Shown here: piece after piece, positions 8,780-17,937 of the stretch | Position numbering within the stretch: the first letter of the stretch is position 1 | Layout: each line of letters begins with the position of its first letter | Notes under the pieces: model-generated | Database searches by the model: none | The model's input: the letters and a program-made list of their open reading frames with translations, nothing else | What the model was told of the DNA's origin: nothing | Program-made: the position numbers and the translations under genes | Origin: a virus | Strand: one strand, 5' to 3' | IMG/VR virus record: IMGVR_UViG_3300036816_000007 | Location: 1,839-65,838 of that record | DNA length: 64,000 nucleotides

Positions 8780-9322
8780 CTAAAGTGTGTATTCGTTCGT
8801 AATGCGGAACCCGCGAATCGTTGTCGTGCCCGTATTCGTCAGCGTAATAACCGGCTGTGCGTTAACATCGGCCGCCGAGTCAACCGTTATCGTTTCGGGC
8901 GATTTCGTAATCTCAACTTCCGTCACCTTTTCCGCGCCAGTCGGCCACGGATCGTTCATCTTGAGCGCGATATTAACTTCGCGACTACCGACAGCTCCGA
9001 GCGCAAGCGTCCCGTTATAAACCGCGCGGTAATACTTGCCGGGCATATCCGCAAACTCCAGCGTCAGCTCTCCGCGCTTGGCGTTAAATATCTGCGCGAG
9101 TTTCGCAAGTGTGGCGTGGAATTGCGCGCCTGGCGTCGTAATAAACAGCGTCATATCAATCGTGCGAGCTCCGTATGTGCTGCCGAAATCGAGCAATCCG
9201 TCCGTATCCGCGAGCTTCACGGTGTACTCGTCAGACTCCGGTAAAACAGGAAGACGCCGCTCAAGGAGAGCAGCGCCTATTGACGAAAGCCATACGTTAT
9301 TCACTTTTACATCGTAGTTCAA
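8780..9322 (-). CDS. distal tail protein, N-terminal-domain type (phage tail family protein)
   Basis: It lies immediately after the tape measure and overlaps it by 4 nt. The sequence NNVWLSSIGAALLERRLPVLPESDEYTVKL...ELTLEFADMPGKYYRAVY fits the phage tail component N-terminal domain. It ends at ...IRGFRITNEYTL. Confidence 0.7.
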   Translation of the reverse strand: MNYDVKVNNVWLSSIGAALLERRLPVLPESDEYTVKLADTDGLLDFGSTYGARTIDMTLFITTPGAQFHATLAKLAQIFNAKRGELTLEFADMPGKYYRAVYNGTLALGAVGSREVNIALKMNDPWPTGAEKVTEVEITKSPETITVDSAADVNAQPVITLTNTGTTTIRGFRITNEYTL

Positions 9323-12300
9323 CGCGTTTTCACCCCCTGCGTTTGGAGACGTTGGGCAACGCGGGCACGCTCGTCATACATAGTCGCAACGTCCGCTTTA
9401 TCCGCGAGTGTGACGTCGCTGACGGACATATCGAACTGGTTTATGACTTGCGTTGGTGCCGCCGCAGTTGTTTCGGAAGGACCGGTCGCAATCATCCGGA
9501 AGAGGTTGCCGATTTGCGCGTCATTCAGAATCATTTCACCAGCGTGCGCGATTACCGGTACAGCGGAACCCGGCGCGCCTTGAACAACTCCGCCGACTTT
9601 AAACTGCTGTAGCTTGCCGGTATCCTTGTCGATTCCGTAGAGATTACGCAATTCCTCGTTACGGGCCGTCAGTCGCGCCATCTCTGCTGTATCGCCCGAA
9701 GCCTTAGCCGCTGCCCATGCGTCTTTGTTCGCGTTGTACTCCGTTAAGTCTCCGTTTGTACCAGCCGAAGGAACTCCGGTACTTAGCGTAGCCATCTTCG
9801 CGTTGTATTGCGTGACGAACGAGTCCAGTGACGCGAGGATCGTAGCGTTAGCTTCCGCGTTGGCATTCGTACGGAACTCCGAGATTGCCGCTTCGATAAA
9901 CTTGACGTCGTCCGCGTGGTTATCGAACGCATCTTTCAGCGCATCGTACTGGCGCTGCGTCTCCGTTTTCTCATCGTCAAAGGCGGACAAACGCGTATCC
10001 TTCTCGTCCTGTAGCGCGGCCTTCTGCGATTCGAGATCCCGTTTGCGGAGTTCGCGGTCGTGCTCGAGCTCCATGCGCGCTACTTCTTTGATCAGGTCTT
10101 CGCGCTCCTGGATACCGTCCGGACCTACCGCGGAAGCCAGTAAGTCGATACGCGCCAGCTTCTCGGAACGTTGCGTCTCCCAATCCGCGTCGGAATTGAA
10201 CTCGGCTTCCTTCGCAAGCAGTGCGTCAAGCGCCGCAATCTTCTCATCCTGCGCGGAGACATACGCCTTCTTGCGCTCCTCAATCGCAGCGAGATCGGCC
10301 TTTAGCGCGGCGTCTACGTTGGACTTCTCCGTCTTCAGGAGATTATCCGCGAGCTTCTGCGTTTCGGTAACGAGTTTCTTGCGCAGGTTATACAGTTGAT
10401 CCTCCGCCTTCTCGTAATAGTCCGAATCCTTTTCGTGGCGATCACGAACACGCGTCCATGCGTCGATCTTCATCTGCGTGATTTCGAGTTCGGATTTGCC
10501 GGCGGTTTCCATACGGCGCTCTTCCTTACTGATCCACTTTTCGGAGGCAGAGTACGCGTCGGCTACCGCTTTCTCCTGCGCCTTGACGAGCTCTTTGCGC
10601 GCCTTGTAAAGCGACTCGTCCGCATCCTTATACTGATCGGAGTCCTTTTTATAGCGGTCACGTACGCGAGTGAGGGCGGCGATCTTCATTTCGGCGACGG
10701 CAACTTCGGATTTACCGGAATCTTGCATACGGCGCTCCTCTTTATCGATCCAGGTTACGGAAAAGTCATAGCGTGATTTAACGCTATCTTCCTGCAGGCG
10801 CTTGAGTTGCAAATTTAGTGTCCGCGCGTCTTCTACCGTTTCCTTGAGGTGCTGCGCGTGAGCTTTCCGCAACTTTTCGTATGCCTTAATCTGCTGATCC
10901 GCGGACCAATCGTACATGTCCGCTTGATAACGGATCGTGGCGAGGTCCGCGTTATACGCTTTTTCGCGGAGGTCTTTTGCGACTTCGGCTGCGGACTTCT
11001 CTTTCTTGGCTTTCGGGGTTTTCGCCTTCTTGCCTGCCGCTTTCTTCGTTTTGTCTTCCCGAAGGCTAATACCTGATCCGCTCTTTGCGGGAGCATAGGC
11101 AGCGCCAGAAGTTAGAGACTCTTTAGCACGCGCAATTTCCAACGCAGCTTGCTCCGCCTTAACCTGCTTCTCGTACGCCTGATTAAGTTGCTCCTCCGCG
11201 CCCCCATTTGCGAACTTCTCAAACGATTTGTTGACACTAACTCCACCAACAGCAGTGACGTTTTTCGCAAAGGGAGCCGACTGTACGCCAGCAACTGCGC
11301 TCATAGCTTTCGCTAGACTCTCCAGGTTACTGATCTGCGCGGCAATAGACGCTTTGTTTGCGTTTGCCATCGCCTGCAGATTGTCTATATAAGCGTTAGC
11401 TGCCGCGGCAGATTGATCGATAAATGAACGTTCAGCCGCAATATGCTCTCCGATAATATCAACGTTCTGAATGCGAATGCGGCCGGATTCATCCATTTTT
11501 GCGTTGAGATCCGGATATTGCTTACGTAACTGTTCCGTAGTATTAATGAGTTCTTGTTTCTGCGCGTCATCAAGTTTCTGCGCGGACGAGAGCTCGTTAT
11601 ACTTCGAAAGTAGCGCCTCCATCGATTCAACCTTACGGTACTTAGCAGCAAGGTCTGCGATCTCTGCCTCTTTCATTTGAAGTAGCGCCGGAGTAGATTC
11701 GTTTATCGCGTCGTTCATCATCGCTAACTTGCGGGTCGCATCCTCTACGCCGTCGTATCCCATCGTCCGAAGCTTATCGTCCATGTCCGCCAACTCTTCG
11801 TTGATGTCGATCATCTCGTCGAGTAAAGCTGGAGTCCCCAGCCCTTGCTCCTGTAACGATTCAATCTCGTTTAGGCGAGACTGTAACTCGGCCCTTTCCG
11901 CAAGAACTGTATTAAGCTCCGTCGTCTGCTCCTGTAACTCCTGAACCTGTGCAACCGTTCGGTCCATTGGCGATTGAGCCAGCGTATTGTTTAACTGGCG
12001 CTGTGCCTCGTCATGTTTGCGCACGGCATCCGCAGCTTCGTTATTGCTTGAAATAAGTGCAGTAACTCCCGCTGCTACTAAGCCGAGTACGACAGATAGC
12101 GTAAGCAAAATCGGATTCGTCACCGTCAACAATTTAAACGCGAGTGATATCGCGCCAATAGCTGCGGCCAATCCCAGTCCAACAGTGGTCGCAGTCGTGA
12201 ACGCTATGATTGCGTTCTGCAGGACCGGGTCCATATTGTTGAATCCGAGAAGTAGCGCGGAAACACCCTCCGCAACACTCCGGATAACCGGCGCAAATTT

Positions 12301-13602
12301 ATCACCTACCGTAATACCAACCGCCTCAAGCGCGGACTGTAACTCCTGAATCGCGCCGTTTAACGTATCCATTTGCGTGTCTGCAATCTGCGCTGCCGTT
12401 CCTCCCGCGTTGTTCAACTCTTCCGTAAACGATTCGAGATCGGATTGCCCCGCCTTTATGAGCGTCAGGAATCCGGAAGCAGCCTCTTGGCCGGCGACGA
12501 TGCTTGCGGCTTGGGCACGCTGCGCCTCCGTTAAGTTGCCGAACCCTTTTTCGAACTGTCCGATAATATTCGCAAACGGGAGGAAGTTGCCGGCCGCATC
12601 CGTCACGCTGACTCCGAGTTGCTTCATGACATACGCGACTTCGTTCGTTGGACTTGCGAGCCTCAACATGATTGCGCGGAGTTGAGTACCGGCCATCTCG
12701 CCTTGAATACCCGCGTCGGACAATTTCGCAACGGCTGCGGATGCCTCTTCGATGCTGACACCGAGGTTTGCCGCGATCGGAGCGATGTACTTCATTCCCA
12801 GGCCCAACTGCTCAATGTTTGTGTTGGAGTTCGTCATTGTTTTAGCCATAACGTCGACTACGCTACTTGTTTCGCTGGCATCCAACTGGAAGCCCGTAAG
12901 GATATTCGATGCAATATCCGCAGTACGCGCGAGTTCCATCTGCCCCGCTGCTGCGAGGTTCAGTACGCCGGGCATCGCGGCCATAATTTCGTTTGTCTTA
13001 AATCCCGCCATTGCGAGGAAGCTCTGAGCATCAGCTGCTTGCCCCGACGTAAATACCGTTGTAGCTCCGAGGTCAATCGACTGCTGCCGTAGCTTCTCGA
13101 ACTCTTCACCGGTCGCGCCTGTTATCGCCTTGACTTTCGCCATGGATTGCTCGAAAGTTGCCGCAGTTTGAACGGCCTTTGTGATAACAACAGCCATTGC
13201 TGCCCCAAGCGCACCGTACGCAAGTCCGAGCTGCTTAACTTCCGCGCTGACTCCGTTGGTTGCTTTCGCATTCCGCTCCATCTCGCCTGTTATCTTCGCA
13301 ATCTCCGTACTACTTGCGCCAAGACGTTTCATCTCCGCGGATACCGCTTCGAGTTGTTTCCGCAATAGCTCCGGATTAGCCCTACGCAAGCTAGCGTTGA
13401 TCTTCTCAATCTGCGCAGCGGAAGCGCCAACTTCGGATAGCCGCGTATTAAGCGCAGAAAAAGAAGAGGACGCCGATTTTCCGGCATCCCCGAGTTCCTT
13501 CGCTTTAGTTTTCGCGCGGTCAATCGCTTGATTATATCCGCTGACGTCCGCAGTAATCGTTGCGCGGATTCCTCCAACATCTACCGTACTAATCGCTATC
13601 AC
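9319..13602 (-). CDS. tail tape measure protein
   Basis: 1427 aa with a TP901-type core (AMAKVKAITGATGEEFEKLRQQSIDLGATTVFTSGQAADAQSFLAMAGF), TM segments and long coiled coils. It sits after the G/GT chaperone genes. Confidence 0.9.
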   Translation of the reverse strand: MIAISTVDVGGIRATITADVSGYNQAIDRAKTKAKELGDAGKSASSSFSALNTRLSEVGASAAQIEKINASLRRANPELLRKQLEAVSAEMKRLGASSTEIAKITGEMERNAKATNGVSAEVKQLGLAYGALGAAMAVVITKAVQTAATFEQSMAKVKAITGATGEEFEKLRQQSIDLGATTVFTSGQAADAQSFLAMAGFKTNEIMAAMPGVLNLAAAGQMELARTADIASNILTGFQLDASETSSVVDVMAKTMTNSNTNIEQLGLGMKYIAPIAANLGVSIEEASAAVAKLSDAGIQGEMAGTQLRAIMLRLASPTNEVAYVMKQLGVSVTDAAGNFLPFANIIGQFEKGFGNLTEAQRAQAASIVAGQEAASGFLTLIKAGQSDLESFTEELNNAGGTAAQIADTQMDTLNGAIQELQSALEAVGITVGDKFAPVIRSVAEGVSALLLGFNNMDPVLQNAIIAFTTATTVGLGLAAAIGAISLAFKLLTVTNPILLTLSVVLGLVAAGVTALISSNNEAADAVRKHDEAQRQLNNTLAQSPMDRTVAQVQELQEQTTELNTVLAERAELQSRLNEIESLQEQGLGTPALLDEMIDINEELADMDDKLRTMGYDGVEDATRKLAMMNDAINESTPALLQMKEAEIADLAAKYRKVESMEALLSKYNELSSAQKLDDAQKQELINTTEQLRKQYPDLNAKMDESGRIRIQNVDIIGEHIAAERSFIDQSAAAANAYIDNLQAMANANKASIAAQISNLESLAKAMSAVAGVQSAPFAKNVTAVGGVSVNKSFEKFANGGAEEQLNQAYEKQVKAEQAALEIARAKESLTSGAAYAPAKSGSGISLREDKTKKAAGKKAKTPKAKKEKSAAEVAKDLREKAYNADLATIRYQADMYDWSADQQIKAYEKLRKAHAQHLKETVEDARTLNLQLKRLQEDSVKSRYDFSVTWIDKEERRMQDSGKSEVAVAEMKIAALTRVRDRYKKDSDQYKDADESLYKARKELVKAQEKAVADAYSASEKWISKEERRMETAGKSELEITQMKIDAWTRVRDRHEKDSDYYEKAEDQLYNLRKKLVTETQKLADNLLKTEKSNVDAALKADLAAIEERKKAYVSAQDEKIAALDALLAKEAEFNSDADWETQRSEKLARIDLLASAVGPDGIQEREDLIKEVARMELEHDRELRKRDLESQKAALQDEKDTRLSAFDDEKTETQRQYDALKDAFDNHADDVKFIEAAISEFRTNANAEANATILASLDSFVTQYNAKMATLSTGVPSAGTNGDLTEYNANKDAWAAAKASGDTAEMARLTARNEELRNLYGIDKDTGKLQQFKVGGVVQGAPGSAVPVIAHAGEMILNDAQIGNLFRMIATGPSETTAAAPTQVINQFDMSVSDVTLADKADVATMYDERARVAQRLQTQGVKTR
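10396..10770 (-). repeat. internal tandem duplication (2 x ~207 nt / 69 aa) in the tape measure gene
   Basis: WIDKEERRMQDSGKSEVAVAEMKIAALTRVRDRYKKDSDQYKDADESLYKARKELV aligns with WISKEERRMETAGKSELEITQMKIDAWTRVRDRHEKDSDYYEKAEDQLYNLRKKLV. The Trp codons are 207 nt apart. Confidence 0.8.
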
Positions 13603-13608
13603 CTCTCC

Positions 13609-14291
13609 TTATCGTCCGTGCCGTAGCTGCCTCCGCATGGCTTCGAATCCTGATTCGTCAAACTCCGCTTTAGCTGCGGTATTAAAGCCGGCCCGTTCTC
13701 GCAAGCTGCCTACGAGTTTCTTCATGTCGTCGCCGGTCGAGTGCTGAACAGATAGTGACGTAAGCCAGTCCTCCGCATCGACTTTCCGCTTAGATTCGAG
13801 CGCGGTAAAAATGTCCATGACGAAATAGCCCGTTTCGAACTCAACTTGCGTCTTGCCGAGACGAACCGCGCACTCTATGAAAAACTCGTCAATTGTTACT
13901 CTGCGTTCGGCGCGTCCGGAGTCTGTTTCGCTACTACTCCCGCCAGGTTCAGGACGCCTCGCCCGTTTTTTAACAGTTCACCGAAGTTATTCTCTTTCGC
14001 CACCGCGCCGTAGAACGCAATCAATTCGTCAATGGACGCGTTCTTTTCGATGTGCTCCTCGTCAATGCCCGTCAGGACGGCCGTCACGCGCACGATATCG
14101 TCGAAGGATTCGCGGATTGCTGCAACGAAATAAGCCGCCTTGTCTCCGGGAGCAGCGGTCATTACACTCACGATGAGTTGCGGTACTGCGTGGATGCTAT
14201 CGAATAGGTCGCGCCATTGTGCAATCGTGATCTTGCGCGGAGTTACCGTCTTGCCACCGATCTTGTATTTGTTAGCGCCGATTAATCGCAA
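13609..14291 (-). CDS. tail assembly chaperone, -1 frameshift fusion product (GT-like)
   Basis: After a -1 slip at AAAAAAC, the reading frame runs without a stop into track ORF 13609..13818. I checked this by hand translation. Confidence 0.7.
13896..14291 (-). CDS. tail assembly chaperone (G-like)
   Basis: 131 aa, located between the major tail and tape measure genes. It contains the slippery heptamer near its 3' end. Confidence 0.75.
   Translation of the reverse strand: MRLIGANKYKIGGKTVTPRKITIAQWRDLFDSIHAVPQLIVSVMTAAPGDKAAYFVAAIRESFDDIVRVTAVLTGIDEEHIEKNASIDELIAFYGAVAKENNFGELLKNGRGVLNLAGVVAKQTPDAPNAE
13966..13972 (-). promoter_or_regulatory. programmed -1 ribosomal frameshift slippery heptamer A_AAA_AAC
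   Basis: The minus strand reads CTG TTA AAA AAC GGG. The heptamer is in the X_XXY_YYZ register of the G frame. Confidence 0.7.
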
Positions 14292-14356
14292 TATTATCGC
14301 CTCCGTTAAAGTAAAAAGACGACTCCGAAGAGCCGCCCCGTATATTTGTCGCGCTA

Positions 14357-14887
14357 TTAAGGTGTTGCCGTGATTGTTTCGTCGCCCAACACCGCAACTA
14401 CGCCGTCCTCGTCCGGAGTCGAACGCAGAGTAACGTTAGTGATCCGTTCGTTTTCGTTGTCATACGCGTAGCTCAGGTCCGTCTCGGAGTACGCGAGTGG
14501 CAGCGTAACCCAGAAGTTCGGATCGTTGAGCTTCGCAAGCGGTTTGATTACGGCTTTCTTCGCGGTATCGATCAAGTTCATGCCGACGCCCGTTTTAATC
14601 TCGATCTTCGAATCCGTACCGTCAGTTACGACAGAGGCGCCGGTCATGATCTTCGGAATAACGGTCAGCTCATACTCTGCGAACGGAATAGTAACGCTGC
14701 AGTTACGGCCCGTAATCCTTTTGCCGACGATTGTCTCGCCCGTTTGGTCCGTCAGTTGATCTCGGTAAGTCGTTTCGGTTGTGAACGATACACCACCGAT
14801 CGTAGTTTCAAACGTTACCTTACTGACTCCGTCGCCATATTCGACGATAGCTGGGCCGAGCTCAATCTTGGAAAAGTTTTGTGCCAT
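14357..14887 (-). CDS. major tail protein
   Basis: Internal start MAQNFSKIELGP follows GAGGAGGA. The protein is 176 aa and beta-rich, and lies upstream of the chaperones. The track ORF extends further 5' without an SD. Confidence 0.7.
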   Translation of the reverse strand: MAQNFSKIELGPAIVEYGDGVSKVTFETTIGGVSFTTETTYRDQLTDQTGETIVGKRITGRNCSVTIPFAEYELTVIPKIMTGASVVTDGTDSKIEIKTGVGMNLIDTAKKAVIKPLAKLNDPNFWVTLPLAYSETDLSYAYDNENERITNVTLRSTPDEDGVVAVLGDETITATP

Positions 14888-14914
14888 TAATAGAATCCTC
14901 CTCGTATTTGGACA

Positions 14915-14945
14915 ACAAAAAAGGCCGCCCACTAAGAGCTGCCTT
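14915..14945 (-). terminator. weak hairpin plus T-run upstream of the major tail gene
   Basis: The minus strand reads AAGGC(N15)GCCTT followed by TTTTTTG. The stem is only 5 bp. Confidence 0.3.
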
Positions 14946-15318
14946 AAATCGTTGTCAATGTGAAATTTAATGAATACATCGTGCGATCGTTCGCGTCCTT
15001 GCCGAGATATATCGGAGAGGACTGATTCGCGCGACATTTAACTACGCGGACAGTCCCGAAGTAAAACTCGCCCCTACTCGCCAGATCCTCGTATATCGCG
15101 TCAGCTATTTGCGTAGCCTTGGCCGATGATTTAGCGCGCACCAACACTTGAAACGCTGGCCTTCGCTTACTCGTCCACTCACTCGGTTCGTATCCGCCAC
15201 TCATACGTACATATGCGCAGTCGTCCGGATTGCCTGACGCGAACTCGTTTGCAACGTAAGTAAACGGAACAGCTACGCGCAGATACGCAGTGATATCCGG
15301 CACTCCTAAAATCGCCAC
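14944..15318 (-). CDS. tail terminator / tail completion protein
   Basis: 124 aa, located directly upstream of the major tail gene in the neck cluster. Confidence 0.55.
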   Translation of the reverse strand: MAILGVPDITAYLRVAVPFTYVANEFASGNPDDCAYVRMSGGYEPSEWTSKRRPAFQVLVRAKSSAKATQIADAIYEDLASRGEFYFGTVRVVKCRANQSSPIYLGKDANDRTMYSLNFTLTTI

Positions 15319-15722
15319 TATTCCGCCATCCCCTTCCGTATCGCATCCGCAATCATGCGTTGATACTGCGCGGCATGCTGCGTTAACGGATCTTCGAGGT
15401 ACTTCGGCTTGGTTCCGGGCGTAGTCGGATTCTTGAACGTATCCATTTCGTGGACTATTAACGCATAGTTAACGCGATCCCCACTACTCCCCCGCTCAGT
15501 TGCGTTAAAGTAAACTTCGCCAGTTACTCCGGTCGGGCTTACGGTCACGCGCTTACCTGACGTCTCACGAAGCGTACCCTTGTCAAGCGGAGCCTCTTCG
15601 CGTGAAATACGCAATAATTCGTCGGTCGCGTCATGCATTCCGAGAACCGCAGCAGCCTGAACGTTATCTTTCGAAAAGTCCAGCGCTTTAAAGAATCCGC
15701 CCATATCGAACTCAAGCGACAT
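15318..15722 (-). CDS. HK97 gp10-family neck protein
   Basis: The sequence NVQAAAVLGMHDATDELLRISREEAPLDKGTLRETS...YALIVHE fits the gp10-family pattern. Its start/stop codons overlap those of both neighbouring genes. Confidence 0.6.
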   Translation of the reverse strand: MSLEFDMGGFFKALDFSKDNVQAAAVLGMHDATDELLRISREEAPLDKGTLRETSGKRVTVSPTGVTGEVYFNATERGSSGDRVNYALIVHEMDTFKNPTTPGTKPKYLEDPLTQHAAQYQRMIADAIRKGMAE

Positions 15723-16057
15723 TACACGTTCACCTCCGTTAATGCGGGCTTACCGCCGAACCACCGTTTTACGCTTATCGAAATGGGTGTGTACGTTATC
15801 GTCCGCATGTTTTCGTCGGTGTACGTAAGCCTGTCGGAGATATCAATGCGCGGAAGCTTATCGAACAGGAACGCGCCGACACTGGCGACTTCTTCTCCGC
15901 GGCTATTACGTACGAGTTTAACGCCTTCGGAAAAGCGGCATTTCGCTTCGTAATCGTCTCCGTAAATTGGTTCGTTGTAATCCGGATCATTGCCGAGAAA
16001 AGGCGATATAATGACGGTCTGACGCAGCGGAATAATCGCCATTACAGCGTCACCCAC
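15722..16057 (-). CDS. head closure / head-tail adaptor protein
   Basis: 111 aa. The call rests on its position between the connector and the gp10-like gene. Confidence 0.5.
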   Translation of the reverse strand: MGDAVMAIIPLRQTVIISPFLGNDPDYNEPIYGDDYEAKCRFSEGVKLVRNSRGEEVASVGAFLFDKLPRIDISDRLTYTDENMRTITYTPISISVKRWFGGKPALTEVNV

Positions 16058-16428
16058 TTCGACGTCTTGCGTCCGATCTTAACGCCATTTTCCGCGCCAA
16101 TAATATCGAGAGCTGCGTCAGGAATCCACGCTTCCTCTCCGTTTTTCGCCCAGTCCTTAAACGTAAAGTTAGCGACGCCGGTCACGCCGAACGACGCGAT
16201 GCCGTGTTGCTGCAACCGGTTCGTGTCGTTAAACGCCGTTGCCAGAGCGTTAGCAAATTCGTATACCGCTGCGTCAGGTATTGTATACTTCGGATATTTG
16301 TTCGTCAGCACGAACGATGCGCGCGTAACAATTCGTTGTTTTTTCGCGTCTTCTGCTTCCGCCCAGTCTTCGATATCGATACAATTCGCGTTGATATATT
16401 CGTCTGCGTCCGTTACTGTAATTGCCAT
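16042..16428 (-). CDS. head-tail connector protein (gp6-like)
   Basis: 128 aa. It is the first neck gene after the capsid block. Confidence 0.5.
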   Translation of the reverse strand: MAITVTDADEYINANCIDIEDWAEAEDAKKQRIVTRASFVLTNKYPKYTIPDAAVYEFANALATAFNDTNRLQQHGIASFGVTGVANFTFKDWAKNGEEAWIPDAALDIIGAENGVKIGRKTSKWVTL

Positions 16429-16443
16429 ACGTTACACCTCCGT

Positions 16444-16689
16444 TTATTTTGCGGAGGACGTAGCGCTAGCTTTGCGCGGTTTGGACGGAGCTTTAGCGGG
16501 CTTTTCTTCCGCGTCTACTTCGTTCACTTGCGCAGGTTCCTCCGGTTCATCTTCTCGCGTAATCCATAGCGGAGCCAACGAGTCTAATAGCGCGATTTTC
16601 TCCGCGTCTTCCGTTTCATACGTTCCAAATGCCGTAAATTCAATGCCGCCGGAAATTACGTAATGCGGCGCGGCTGTATACTTCGCCAC
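16444..16689 (-). CDS. hypothetical head-module protein
   Basis: GTG start after GGAGGTG. The protein has an acidic/Lys-Pro-rich tail. Confidence 0.5.
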   Translation of the reverse strand: MAKYTAAPHYVISGGIEFTAFGTYETEDAEKIALLDSLAPLWITREDEPEEPAQVNEVDAEEKPAKAPSKPRKASATSSAK

Positions 16690-16713
16690 TTTGCGATCAC
16701 CTCCGTTTATTAA

Positions 16714-16731
16714 GGGCGACCGAAGCCGCCC
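16714..16731 (-). terminator. stable UUCG-tetraloop hairpin just after the major capsid gene
   Basis: The minus strand reads GGGCGGC-UUCG-GUCGCCC. It is followed by UUAAUAAA, so there is no strong U-run. It could be an attenuator or an mRNA stabiliser. Confidence 0.45.
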
Positions 16732-16745
16732 ACGTTCTATTGCGA

Positions 16746-17864
16746 TTAGGATACGGTTGTGCTGATGTTTTCGAGGATCGCGATTTTCTCGCCGGCATTC
16801 TTAACGGTAACCCCGTACTCACCACGGATTTGACGAGCCACGAAGTCAGCGCCCGCAATGGAGGCGTCCATATCGTGTACCGCACGGCCATTCAGCGGGT
16901 CGATCGACAGGATGCTGCGGTCGAACATCGCGATTTTGTTTTTCGGGAAGTTTGGATCAACGATGACTGTCGCGACAGAACCGCCTACGATATCAGACAC
17001 GAACGTTTGGATCTTGTGACCAGTAGTCGTATCAGTGCGCTCGGTACGGATTGTGTCGCTAGCGAATTTCGAGATTTGACGCGCACCAGCGGTATTTGTC
17101 AAGATTGTATTTACGGAGCCTCCGCGTTGATACACTTTCTCCGCTAGGTTGTTCAGGAGAGTTGGCGTAATTTCTCCGCCTGCTGCGTTCTCTTTAGCCG
17201 CGCCTTTCTTATCAGCGAAGTACAACAGACCGCCTGTCATGCGCGGAGTTCCAGGCGCGCCATCGATACGGCGGCCGTAGATCAACCAGTCGTTAAGCTC
17301 GCGTTGCAGCTCTTTCAGACGCAATTGAACTTGATAGTTCAACTCGTCATCAACGTTGTAGGTGCGGACAGCTTGTTGCGTTTTGGAAACTGCTGCATAG
17401 CGCTCGATGATTTGTGTAACGTTGTAATCCACGTAACGGTCGTGACCTTCGTCTACGCCGGGTAGTGCCCCTTCCAGTTGCGGACGCGCTACGATACGGA
17501 TTTCGTCACCTGCGGCGATGTCCGCGGCAGTAGTTCCGTCGAATCCACGAACAACTGTGATAACGTCGCCCGCAACAGCGGTGACTTTCAAATACTCTTC
17601 ACCCGCAACAGCAACCGCATTAACGCGGAATTTCAAACCGTCCCCAATAGCGACAGTAATGGATGTGGCGGATGCGGAAGCCACTGCGGCAGCTACCGCA
17701 CGGTTAGAGTTTAGAGAGTCGGACATCCATTCAAACTTCGTTTGATAGAGCGGGGAACTTCCAAGCCCGATCAAACCGAGCAACGTCGGCTCATCATCGA
17801 TGATAAGAGAAATACCTGCTTCGAGCTGGCGTACTTGGTCCTGGAATGAGTAAGTTTTCAACAT
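16746..17864 (-). CDS. major capsid protein
   Basis: 372 aa, placed after the scaffold gene. The motif TKFEWMSDSL and the overall pattern resemble the DUF5309/SU10-type capsid family. Confidence 0.8.
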   Translation of the reverse strand: MLKTYSFQDQVRQLEAGISLIIDDEPTLLGLIGLGSSPLYQTKFEWMSDSLNSNRAVAAAVASASATSITVAIGDGLKFRVNAVAVAGEEYLKVTAVAGDVITVVRGFDGTTAADIAAGDEIRIVARPQLEGALPGVDEGHDRYVDYNVTQIIERYAAVSKTQQAVRTYNVDDELNYQVQLRLKELQRELNDWLIYGRRIDGAPGTPRMTGGLLYFADKKGAAKENAAGGEITPTLLNNLAEKVYQRGGSVNTILTNTAGARQISKFASDTIRTERTDTTTGHKIQTFVSDIVGGSVATVIVDPNFPKNKIAMFDRSILSIDPLNGRAVHDMDASIAGADFVARQIRGEYGVTVKNAGEKIAILENISTTVS

Positions 17865-17904
17865 GTGATTGTTTCCTCCTTAAATTTGGGAAAAGTGGGC
17901 ATAG

Positions 17905-17933
17905 AAAAAGGGCTTGGAATTTTTCCAAAGCCC
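17905..17933 (-). terminator. rho-independent terminator/attenuator between the scaffold and capsid genes
   Basis: The minus strand reads GGGCTTTGG-AAAAATT-CCAAGCCC followed by TTTTTC. Confidence 0.6.
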
Positions 17934-17937
17934 TGAG

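Noticed and set aside
9725-10399. Long plus-strand ORFs antisense to the tape measure, the tail genes and the connector genes (for example 9725..10399, 3782..4498, 16067..16663, 49563..50135).
   Set aside because: Their translations are Ser/Arg/Ala-rich and low in complexity. They have no SDs and are fully shadowed by well-supported minus-strand genes. These are typical antisense open frames.
14357-15037. The full-length track ORF taken as the major tail gene.
   Set aside because: The first 50 codons overlap the upstream gene and a hairpin, and they lack an SD. The internal ATG at 14887 has a strong SD and yields a typical size.
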